From Kiritimatiellia bacterium (lineage in GTDB: Bacteria; Verrucomicrobiota; Kiritimatiellia; RFP12; UBA1067), in NCBI GenBank assembly GCA_050949565.1, contig JBMNFY010000017.1, positions 1,344,001 through 1,408,000 on the forward strand: 64,000 bases of DNA. The letters are read 5' to 3'. The notes beneath the pieces were generated by a model. That model was not told the origin of the DNA, searched no databases, and saw nothing but the letters and a program-made list of their open reading frames with translations. The translations under genes were made by a program, and so were the position numbers. How positions within the stretch are numbered: position 1 is the stretch's first letter; every line of letters starts with the position of its first letter. Below are positions 1 through 8,366 of the stretch, piece by piece.

Positions 1-117
1 CTCCGGATGGTTCAGGTGATCCACCACCAGAATGTCATCGATTCCCCGCGCATTCAGCGCCGCGATCAGATTGCTTCCGATCAGTCCCGCCCCGCCCGTT
101 ACAATAAACTGCTCCAT
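1..117 (-). CDS. rfaD: ADP-L-glycero-D-manno-heptose 6-epimerase, N-terminal part (runs off window)
   Basis: Minus strand reads [35 protein letters not shown]: a Rossmann TGGAGxIG motif plus the RfaD-like 'LNARG..DILVVD'. Confidence 0.75.
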   Translation of the reverse strand, partial: MEQFIVTGGAGLIGSNLIAALNARGIDDILVVDHLNHPE

Positions 118-231
118 GTCGGTTTCTTTTTTCATGACAGGAGAAGAGTGTACCAATCCGTGCGGGGTTAGGCAAAGTTGATCATGACAGTCTTACAGCC
201 TTACAGCCTTTTGCCGCAGGCTCTGCCCGTG

Positions 232-1086
232 TCAGGAGTAAAACTCCTGCACGCGCATCAACACGTCGAAATCGCTGAGAGCGAGACAGTCATCAAAGCA
301 TTGGAGCGCGGGGTGGCCTTCGGGCAACGCGCCGTAGGCCAGCTTGGCGGAACCGATGATCATGTCGAGCCCGAGCGGCATGGCACGCGTGAGAAAGGCG
401 TTGGCAAGCGGCAACTTGACCGGCGACCCGTCGGCGCGCCGTGACGGCAGCATGACGGTGAAGTTGCTGAGCCCGACCGACATGTGGACACCCGCGAATG
501 CGGGGTCATCGTGGATCAGCCGTAACGCCCCCATCAACCGGTGGATGTTGTTTTCCGTGTCGGCGCCAATGGGCGCAATGCCGGGATCGATGATGCAGTC
601 GTCGTTTGACAAGCCGTGGCTACGGGCCGTCTCCAGCAACAGACGTGCCGCGTCGTAGGTCTCTTCGGCGGTCCGGCAGGGAGCCTCGTCCCCGTCGATC
701 AGATTTTCCGACGCCAGCAGGATCGGGCGGAAGCGGTGGGACTGCAACAGATCAAACATCTCCAGACGCAAGGGCGAAATGGAGTTTAAGATCGGGGTGC
801 CGCAGGCTGGATCGCAGGCGGCGAGTCCAGCCGCGGCCAAGGCATAGTCCGGCGAATCAATCGAGAGCGGTTTGGGCGTCACGGCCTGCACAGCGCGCAC
901 GACGGCGGCCATGAAGTCCGCGGGACGCGGCCCGACGTTGACATCGATATAATCGGCACCGAGTTCAGACTGCGACCGTGCCAGGCCAGTGATGGCCGCA
1001 AGGTCGTTCGCCTCGAACAAGGCGTGTGTCGAGGGCACTGAATCGTTGATGCTTTCGCCGATCAGTGTGAGTGGCACACGTGACAT
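232..1086 (-). CDS. Pterin-binding (DHPS-like) methyltetrahydrofolate:corrinoid methyltransferase family protein
   Basis: IGESIN, GADYIDVNVG, PLSIDS, ILNSIS, IIDPG and GLSN motifs; start taken at MSRVPL because the ORF extension runs through a REP element. Confidence 0.8.
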   Translation of the reverse strand: MSRVPLTLIGESINDSVPSTHALFEANDLAAITGLARSQSELGADYIDVNVGPRPADFMAAVVRAVQAVTPKPLSIDSPDYALAAAGLAACDPACGTPILNSISPLRLEMFDLLQSHRFRPILLASENLIDGDEAPCRTAEETYDAARLLLETARSHGLSNDDCIIDPGIAPIGADTENNIHRLMGALRLIHDDPAFAGVHMSVGLSNFTVMLPSRRADGSPVKLPLANAFLTRAMPLGLDMIIGSAKLAYGALPEGHPALQCFDDCLALSDFDVLMRVQEFYS

Positions 1087-1109
1087 GACTTGCCCTCTTC
1101 CTGTTTGAA

Positions 1110-1207
1110 GCTCTTGCAAAATCCTTCGCTTGCAGGTGTGGCACGGGCATCTTGCCCGTGCTCCATGGGCGGGACGCCCATGCCACGAGAGACTTTGCAA
1201 GGCCCCT
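1110..1207. repeat. REP-like palindromic element, family A (GTGGCACGGGCATCTTGCCCGTG...CATGGGCGGGACGCCCATGCCAC)
   Basis: Two nested GC-rich hairpins; near-identical copy with the same flanks at 16707-16805, other copies at about 2904-2948, 17537-17557 (half), 61994-62099 (two) and 62603-62646. Confidence 0.85.
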
Positions 1208-1211
1208 GTTT

Positions 1212-1790
1212 TTACCAGTTGGTCGGAAGCAGCTCGAAGTGCGCCTTCGGATGTGCGCACGCCGGGCAGACATCCATCGCTTCCTTGCCGACGTGGGTGA
1301 AACCGCAGTTGCGGCAGCGCCACACGGTCGTCGCGTCATCGCGCAGGAAAACGGTGCCCTTCTCGATGTTGGCCGCCAGTTTGCGATAGCGCTCCCCGTG
1401 GAACTTCTCGGCCACGGCGATCGCCTCCATCGTCTTCGCGATTTCCTCGAAGCCTTCTTCGCGTGCCACTTTGGCAAACTCGGGGTACATCTGCTGCCAC
1501 TCGTACTCCTCGCCCTCAGCCGCCGCGACCAGATTGTCCAGCGTCTTGCCGATCACGCCGGCCGGCAGGCCGACCTGAATCTGCACCTCGCCGCCCTGCA
1601 AGAACTTGAAGAGGCGCTTGGCGTGCTCCTTCTCGTGGTTGGCGGTCTCTTCAAAAATCGCCTCGATCTGAACAAATCCATCCTTCTTGGCCTGAGCCGC
1701 CCAGTAGGTGTAACGGTTGCGCGCCGCCGACTCTCCCGTGAATGCCGACAGCACGTTTTTCTCAGTCTTCGTACCTTTAATTGAAACCAT
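1212..1790 (-). CDS. rbr: Rubrerythrin
   Basis: AFTGESAARNRY, EKEHAKR and E..H diiron motifs; C-terminal CRNCG...CPAC rubredoxin-like domain. Confidence 0.95.
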   Translation of the reverse strand: MVSIKGTKTEKNVLSAFTGESAARNRYTYWAAQAKKDGFVQIEAIFEETANHEKEHAKRLFKFLQGGEVQIQVGLPAGVIGKTLDNLVAAAEGEEYEWQQMYPEFAKVAREEGFEEIAKTMEAIAVAEKFHGERYRKLAANIEKGTVFLRDDATTVWRCRNCGFTHVGKEAMDVCPACAHPKAHFELLPTNW

Positions 1791-1954
1791 GGTGTAATTC
1801 CTCCTTTTTGAGAACCCTCACGGTAGCAAAAACGGGTCATGCCGACAAGGCAAAGCGCAACGGAACTGTCGTCAAATTTTTTGATGCGTCTGCCTGGCGT
1901 ACAGCGCGGCTTGTCTTTGCATCGGACCGCACCTGTGCTTTAATACACCTCGTC

Positions 1955-2872
1955 ATGAATGCAGAGCACGCTTCGCATAGCGGCGGGAAACCGCCTTGGA
2001 TCAGAGTCTCGATCGGGCAGAACGACACCTTTAACGCCACCAAAAACCGGTTGCGCGCCTACGGGCTCCACACCGTCTGCGAAGAGGCTTTCTGCCCGAA
2101 CCTCGGCCGCTGCTGGAAGCACGGACGCGCGACGATTATGCTGCTCGGCGACCGTTGCACGCGAGGATGCCGCTTCTGCAATGTGGACAAACAGCGCGTG
2201 CTGCCGCCCGATCCCGATGAGCCCGCGCGCGTCGCCGCCGCCGTCAAAGAGACCGGACTCAAAGAGGTGGTCCTCACATCGGTCACGCGCGATGACCTGC
2301 CGGACGGCGGCGCGGCGCACTGGGCGCAAACCATCGAGGCGGTCCGCGCCGCCGTGCCCGGCATCCTGATTGAAGTGCTGGTGCCGGATTTCAACGGCGA
2401 TCCCGACGATATCGCGACGGTCGTACGCGCCCGGCCTGATATCTTCGGCCATAATCTGGAGACTGTGCCTCGCCTCTATCCGCAGGCGCGGCCGCAAGCC
2501 GATTACGCGCAGTCGCTCGCTGTTTTGCGGCAAGCGGCCGATGCCGACATGATCACTAAAACCAGCCTGATGCTGGGGCTCGGCGAAACTTCTGCCGAAA
2601 TCGAACAGACGCTGCGCGACGCCCGCGACGCCGGATGCGACATCTTTTACGCCGGACAGTACCTCCAGCCCAGTCCGCGCCACCTGCCGGTCGAACGCTA
2701 TGTGGAGCCCGCTGAATTCGACCGGTTGCGCGAGACGGCCCTTGCGCTTGGATTCGGCTACGTGGCCAGCGCGCCGCTTGTCAGAAGCTCCTACCACGAA
2801 GATGGTCAAACCGAGTTCGTCCGCAGCCGGGCGGGCGGACGAGCGGATTTGGGATTTGGGATTTGGGATTGA
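1955..2872 (+). CDS. lipA: Lipoyl synthase
   Basis: VCEEAFCPNLGRCW, radical-SAM CTRGCRFC, TSVTRDDLPDGGA and PLVRSSYH motifs. Confidence 0.95.
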   Translation: MNAEHASHSGGKPPWIRVSIGQNDTFNATKNRLRAYGLHTVCEEAFCPNLGRCWKHGRATIMLLGDRCTRGCRFCNVDKQRVLPPDPDEPARVAAAVKETGLKEVVLTSVTRDDLPDGGAAHWAQTIEAVRAAVPGILIEVLVPDFNGDPDDIATVVRARPDIFGHNLETVPRLYPQARPQADYAQSLAVLRQAADADMITKTSLMLGLGETSAEIEQTLRDARDAGCDIFYAGQYLQPSPRHLPVERYVEPAEFDRLRETALALGFGYVASAPLVRSSYHEDGQTEFVRSRAGGRADLGFGIWD

Positions 2873-3162
2873 TCGCGGGCACTGCGGGTGCTGCGGGTCT
2901 TACGGCATGGGCGGGGGCCCATGCTCACGGGCAGGATGCCCGTGCCACACCGCCCGCAGTACCGGCAGGATCGGCAGCCCCAAAAATCTTCGCGGCTATC
3001 CCCGCAACCGTGCCCGCATAATTCGCGGTTAAAAAAGCAGAGCTATGCTTTAGCCTAAAAAGAGCAGTTGAGCATGCAGATTTTGAGCAAAGCCCCGTAA
3101 ACATTGGTTTCCGTTGAGATCCGCGCCGCACCTATTTGGTGCAGAACGCAATTTCTGATTGG

Positions 3163-3233
3163 AACCACGGAACACACTAAACACACGGAAAAAGAGCCAT
3201 GCCTTTCCGTGTGTTCGGCGTGTTCCGTGGTTA
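3163..3233. repeat. Single copy of the family-B hairpin repeat (ACCACGGAA-CACACTAAA-CACACGGAA ... TTCCGTGTG-TTCGGCGTG-TTCCGTGGT)
   Basis: Same 3x9-mer inverted arms as the arrays at 29.6, 33.1, 34.5 and 36.5-38.8 kb. Confidence 0.8.
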
Positions 3234-3337
3234 AACAATCGATCCCGATAGCGATCCCGATCCCGATTTGGATGAAACCATGAAACCTTGAAACCAGAAA
3301 CCAAAGAGAGTTGAAGGTTCAACTGCTCTTTTTAGGT

Positions 3338-6300
3338 TTAGTCGCGCAGGCGGATCTGGAAAAAGCCGCGCGGACCGGCAGGCAAGGAGGGATGGCGTAG
3401 ATCGACATCCAGTCGTCCGCCATTCAGTGACCACGCCTCCGGTGCGCACGGTTGCCAAATGACGAGGTCGTCGGAGAACCAAAGTTCGACCGTGCCTTCC
3501 AGTCCCGACGCGTCGAGTTGCAACGTCCCCTCTTCATCCATGCGCACAGCGGTAAAGATCGCGGCGTCCGGCAGGCCCGGCGTGCCGGACGCGACACGGC
3601 TGGGGCGCCAGTTGTCCGCGCTGCTCCAGAGCGGCTCCGGCGCGGCGGCATCGACCACCACCAGCGAGCGGCCGGTGTTGTAGGTTTCCGGATACCAGAC
3701 GTTTGAATAGGTGAAGGTCAGGATGTTGCTGCCGTGCGGATCGACCAACGCCAGCGTCTCGCCTTTACGCGCTAGATTGCCGCTCTGCCACGCTTCAACT
3801 GCCATGCCGTCACCGTGACGTTCGGCAAAGGCCACAGGGTTTTTGGCGAGTACCAGACGCGCACCGGGCCCCAACGCGACCACCCCGAAGGTATGGCTGA
3901 TACCGGACACGAACTGCACACCTTCGAGCGCCAGCGGGACGGCTCCGGCATTGCGCAATTCAAGCCAAGCGAAGTCGTCGTTCTTGTAGGGGCTGCCCGC
4001 CTCAGGCGCATAAGGCGCGTACATCAATTCGGAGACGTGCAGCGGCGCGTAGTAGTCGGCCGGACGCGCCACACTGAGAGCGACTTCGGCCAGAGCACTC
4101 CACTCGTTACCGTTGTAGGCGCGCGCCAGCACCGTGACCGCACGGTCCACCGTTACAGTCGCACAATGGCTGTCGGCCAGTGCCGCCGGCGACACGGTGG
4201 AGAGTGCGAGATCGAAGTAGAGGTCACTGCTCGTGGCATTGCACTGGTGCAACTCAACAGCCAGCACATTCTCGCCGGTGCGCAGCAGATGCGCAACATC
4301 CAGAGTTTTTTCGAAATAGGTGTTCTGAGCGGGCGAACCGACCACAGCGGAGGCCCAGGTAGCGTACGACACCGCACCGGCAGGCATGTTGTCGCGCAGG
4401 ATTTCCGTGCCGTTGAGCGAAATAATCGCGCCGTCATCGCGCAACAGTTCCAGCTTGAGTGCGGCAATGTTTTCGGTCGATGCCAGTGAGAAGGTGTGGC
4501 GGAAGTAGGTGGTCGTAACCTGCGTGCCTGAAACGCCGTTCACATAGCGCCGCGTGACGGTAGCAACGGAGTTGGCGGTGGCGCTGCCGGCGAAACCGAG
4601 CAGCGCGGGGCCCTGCGCCCATGCGGCGGCGTTGTACGTTCGATCGCGCCAAGTCAACGCACCTTGCGTAGCGGGCTCCACTCCCAGATCGTAATAGCGC
4701 CAGACCGCACCGCGTGCGACCAGGCTTTGCGGCGGAGTGGGCGTTTGCGCGACATCCACCACAATGGCCGCCGGATGGATGCTGCCGTCCGGCAGGCGCG
4801 GATCGGTACCATCGGTCGTGTAATAGAAAGTATTGGTCGTGCTGACCAGTAGCTGGTAGCCGGGCGGCACGGCGGCGCTGTTGGTGGAGAAGCGCGGTGC
4901 GGCAAGTGCGGGTAGCCAGCCGCGGGCGCGGAACTGCGCGGCCACGATGTCGCGCCGCTGCGTCAGATAGGTGTTGAGCACGCTGTTGCAAGCGGGCAGC
5001 CAAGTCGCGTCGCGTGTGCGACCGCGCCCCCAACGGGCCGATTCGCCGATGATCGCCAAGTCGATCTCGTCCATGCGGCTTTGGAAAAGTGCCTGCGCAC
5101 GTTCCGGCGTGAAAATGCCGTCCCCGTAGAGATGACGCTGAACGAGGTCGGCGAAGCGCAGACGGTAGGCGGGATGCGCGCAGAGCTGGTGGTGCAGCGT
5201 GGCTGGATTGAAGAGATCCTGAGACAACAAGTTGGCACCAAGATGGGTCGTATCGGCAGTGACTCCGCCGTTAGCACCGAGCGAGTGTTCGGCGTCGTGA
5301 CGTAGCCACTTGAAGCCGTCAGGTTGTACGCGGTTGTAGAGCGCGTACATGTTGTTGGGCTTGGTGCCGCTACAGCCGATGGGCGCATCGGGGTCGCCGG
5401 TGTAGTAGGAGCACAGCATGTAGCAGATCAGGTTGTCTTCGTCGAGGTAGACCGGATAAGCGGGATTACGCGAACCGTCTGGGTTGAGACCTTTGACGCG
5501 CATGTAGTTGTTGGCGTATGCGCCGGAGAACCCTTGGTTAACGGCGATTTCGTGGAAGGCGTTGAAGGCGTCGAAGGTGCCGTCAGATGCGGTTGTTGTG
5601 TAACCGGGACTTGAGGTTTTGATACAGTCCCAGTCGTCGCTGTCACCGCCCATATAGGTCGCCGCGAAATCAGCTTCGCCGCGTTCTTGGGTTTGGTAGA
5701 GACCCCAATACTGACCGTTGATGTAAAGGTGGTAGTAGCGGCTGCGCGTGTAGGGCATGCCCATCTCGCGTTGGGCATCGCGTGAGAAGGTCTCGCGCAC
5801 GAAGGTGTCGCGGTCGCTGTTCTGAAACGCCCACGAATAGTTCTGCGAGGTGCGCAGATCGACCTTGTCGAAGACCGATGCCCCTTCGCTGTCAAAGAGC
5901 GGGAAGCGCAATTTACTTTCGCCGTAAACCGAGCGGAAGAAGAGGCGCAGCGAATGCTTGGGATTGTCAACGCTACGGCTGAACGCACCGCGGATGCGCA
6001 GCCCGGCATCAATGTGGAACTCGGCGGCGGCACCGCGCACCGGATCGATCAGCTCGACCGATACCGGTCGCTCCCATCCGATGCCGTCATTGCCGGGATA
6101 GGCATAGATGCCGGTCTGCGGTCCAAACAAGTGTGCAAGATCAGTGACCAAGGAGATCGACGGGATTGCGTTGGTCATGCCGGCGCGCAACCGCACGGGA
6201 TCGCCGTCAACGATCTCCTGGCGCATGCCGTACTCCATCTTGTGGTTATTCACCGCGCGGTCTGCGGGCCAGCCCGGCGGGGGCGTCGTACCCTGTCGCA

Positions 6301-8122
6301 GTACATCTTCCAGAAAGAGCCAAGTGACGGTGGTGACGCGTTGGCGCACGCTCTCCGGATCGACGACCGCAGCGCGCAGCGTGGTGGTGGCGGTCACGGA
6401 CAACGGGGCCGTGTAGAGCGGGCTGTCGGCTGCGGGCGTACTGCCGTCGAGCGTGTAACGGATCTCGGCATCCGGGCGTTCGGGGCAGATGAGCGTGGCG
6501 GTGAAGGGCGCCGTCTTATAGCCGCGCGGTTCGCTGACCACGACTAGGGGCGTCGGGACGGTGTAGCCGCGACTGTTCGCGGCACCGGGGGTCGGCGTCT
6601 TGAAATAGAACGGAAGCTCAGCGGCGGTACGCCACGTCAGCACAGGTTGAATTAAAAAGTCCCCGTCGCTAGCGGCTTGGTTGAGCGCAGTGACAGTCAG
6701 CACGTTGGTGCCTGCGGTGAAAAGGTCTGGCGGCAGGACAAAGGCCAGCGGCTCGATTGCCGTCGCGATCGGACGCGCTGCAGTGGCGGTGCTGTTCCAA
6801 AAAAGCGTTGCGGGCATGTTGAGCGACGCGACCGGCGTGCCATTCAGCGAGGCACTGAAACCGTCTGCAACGCGCACGGCGAGCAGCAACGTGTCACCCG
6901 GTGCGGGTATGGTGTCGAGGACAAACTGCCACTCAGCATCGAGACGGGCGTTGATGCCCAGCATCGTATCGGAGACATCGGTGTCGGCGAAGGCACCGAT
7001 GGCACCGGCATGCAGCAGGCCGCCGGCGGGGTCGCCCACCAGCTTGAAAGCGGTCGCATCAAACGCGCCGTGGCTACCTTGCGCGGCAGAGAATTCGAGT
7101 GCCGCTCCGCCCGTGTTTTCGAAATAGGAGAGCGTAAGCGCATAAGTACCGGCCACGGGGAAATTAAAGACGCCCAGCGTGTTGCCGAATCCGCGTCCGG
7201 CCGCAAACTCAGTGGAGAAAGAAACTCCATGCCCATCGATCCGCAGGCGGAAGCCATCATCGCTGCCGACACAGAAGGTCCACGTTCCGGCCTGCGGCAC
7301 ATAGAGCGTGGTCTCGGCTGTGACCACAAAGTAGTTGATGTTCTCTCCGACATTCAATCCTGGGAAGGGCAGGTCGTGGGTGAAAGCCCCCGAGTCACTC
7401 GATTCGTAGAAGTCGATGACCTCGTAGGCACCGGCCACCGGATAGGTTCGGTCGGTAGCCCAAGCGGACGGATTCGCGACCATGCTTTCGGCGACATCGA
7501 TATTCGCGATGGCACTGGTCATCCGGTAGAAACGCACGGTGTAAGCGCCGACATGGCTACTGAAACCCAGCGCACCGTTGGCCTCTTGCCAAGGCGCATT
7601 GCCGGCGGCGTTCGGTACGCGGTAGCGCACAGGCGTTGTGGCATCAATCGGCGTGCACACGCGCGGCGCGCGGCCATACGAGACCCCTTTTATCTGCGGC
7701 GGATAAGCGGGCTGGTAGGCATCGTGCAACGTCGTGCCGTCGGGACCGATCAGACCCAAAAACTCACCATCCTTCGAGAGGCTGAACGATGCGTGCAGTT
7801 CACCGTTGGTGACAGCAACGGGCGAACTGTCTGCGAACACCACGAGATAGCCGTTGGACGCCAGCGACGTGCCGTCCGGGATGCGCCACTTGGTGAGGTC
7901 CGATGCGTTGTCGCTCAGGAACCAACCACCGAGGTCAACCGGATCGGGACCGCTATTATGCAGTTCAATCCAGTCGCTGGCCTCGCCCGCGGCCGTCAGC
8001 AGTCCGCCATCGTTATCGGCGACAAACTCGCTGATCGTGACCGCCGCGCGCGCCGACGAAAGCACTAGCAACGCCAGCACCAACCAGCACGATCGCCGCA
8101 TGATGTGAAGAATGCTTGCCAT
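3338..8122 (-). CDS. Large secreted CotH kinase-family protein with lamin-tail, PA14-like and chitobiase/Fn3-like domains
   Basis: Signal peptide; ISEFVADN..DWIELHN lamin-tail domain; GSDDGFRL PA14-like segment; IRYTLDGS; YINGQYWGLY..ER CotH motif; second lamin-tail domain (SELMY..WLELRN). Confidence 0.85.
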   Translation of the reverse strand: MASILHIMRRSCWLVLALLVLSSARAAVTISEFVADNDGGLLTAAGEASDWIELHNSGPDPVDLGGWFLSDNASDLTKWRIPDGTSLASNGYLVVFADSSPVAVTNGELHASFSLSKDGEFLGLIGPDGTTLHDAYQPAYPPQIKGVSYGRAPRVCTPIDATTPVRYRVPNAAGNAPWQEANGALGFSSHVGAYTVRFYRMTSAIANIDVAESMVANPSAWATDRTYPVAGAYEVIDFYESSDSGAFTHDLPFPGLNVGENINYFVVTAETTLYVPQAGTWTFCVGSDDGFRLRIDGHGVSFSTEFAAGRGFGNTLGVFNFPVAGTYALTLSYFENTGGAALEFSAAQGSHGAFDATAFKLVGDPAGGLLHAGAIGAFADTDVSDTMLGINARLDAEWQFVLDTIPAPGDTLLLAVRVADGFSASLNGTPVASLNMPATLFWNSTATAARPIATAIEPLAFVLPPDLFTAGTNVLTVTALNQAASDGDFLIQPVLTWRTAAELPFYFKTPTPGAANSRGYTVPTPLVVVSEPRGYKTAPFTATLICPERPDAEIRYTLDGSTPAADSPLYTAPLSVTATTTLRAAVVDPESVRQRVTTVTWLFLEDVLRQGTTPPPGWPADRAVNNHKMEYGMRQEIVDGDPVRLRAGMTNAIPSISLVTDLAHLFGPQTGIYAYPGNDGIGWERPVSVELIDPVRGAAAEFHIDAGLRIRGAFSRSVDNPKHSLRLFFRSVYGESKLRFPLFDSEGASVFDKVDLRTSQNYSWAFQNSDRDTFVRETFSRDAQREMGMPYTRSRYYHLYINGQYWGLYQTQERGEADFAATYMGGDSDDWDCIKTSSPGYTTTASDGTFDAFNAFHEIAVNQGFSGAYANNYMRVKGLNPDGSRNPAYPVYLDEDNLICYMLCSYYTGDPDAPIGCSGTKPNNMYALYNRVQPDGFKWLRHDAEHSLGANGGVTADTTHLGANLLSQDLFNPATLHHQLCAHPAYRLRFADLVQRHLYGDGIFTPERAQALFQSRMDEIDLAIIGESARWGRGRTRDATWLPACNSVLNTYLTQRRDIVAAQFRARGWLPALAAPRFSTNSAAVPPGYQLLVSTTNTFYYTTDGTDPRLPDGSIHPAAIVVDVAQTPTPPQSLVARGAVWRYYDLGVEPATQGALTWRDRTYNAAAWAQGPALLGFAGSATANSVATVTRRYVNGVSGTQVTTTYFRHTFSLASTENIAALKLELLRDDGAIISLNGTEILRDNMPAGAVSYATWASAVVGSPAQNTYFEKTLDVAHLLRTGENVLAVELHQCNATSSDLYFDLALSTVSPAALADSHCATVTVDRAVTVLARAYNGNEWSALAEVALSVARPADYYAPLHVSELMYAPYAPEAGSPYKNDDFAWLELRNAGAVPLALEGVQFVSGISHTFGVVALGPGARLVLAKNPVAFAERHGDGMAVEAWQSGNLARKGETLALVDPHGSNILTFTYSNVWYPETYNTGRSLVVVDAAAPEPLWSSADNWRPSRVASGTPGLPDAAIFTAVRMDEEGTLQLDASGLEGTVELWFSDDLVIWQPCAPEAWSLNGGRLDVDLRHPSLPAGPRGFFQIRLRD

Positions 8123-8197
8123 GTTTCTGCAAGTATGCCACACACCGCTCCCAAATGACAAGTCCGTTCTAGTCCCAGTTTTTTAAAATCTTTGCCT

Positions 8198-8226
8198 TTG
8201 ACATTGGGCGCAGATTCGCTAATCTA
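8198..8226 (+). promoter_or_regulatory. Sigma70-like promoter of tRNA-Pro
   Basis: TTGACA-N16-TAATCT about 40 bp upstream of the tRNA. Confidence 0.55.
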
Positions 8227-8263
8227 TGCGCTTATTCAATTCAGCCCTTGCTGTCTTTCACGT

Positions 8264-8340
8264 CGGAGCGTAGCGCAGCCTGGTAGCGCGTTTGGTTCGG
8301 GACCAAAAGGTCGAGGGTTCAACTCCCTCCGCTCCGACCA
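8264..8340 (+). tRNA. tRNA-Pro (anticodon CGG)
   Basis: CGGAGCG acceptor stem, anticodon arm TTTGG-TTCGGGA-CCAAA, GGTTCAACTCC T-arm, encoded CCA. Confidence 0.97.
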
Positions 8341-8366
8341 TTTCTTTTCAGAGAGTCGTATTTTCG

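Noticed and set aside
1087-1323. N-terminal extension of the pterin-binding gene; likewise 61828-62133
   Set aside because: These are translations of REP palindromes (HGQDARAT/MGETPMP-type peptides) and overlap other genes.
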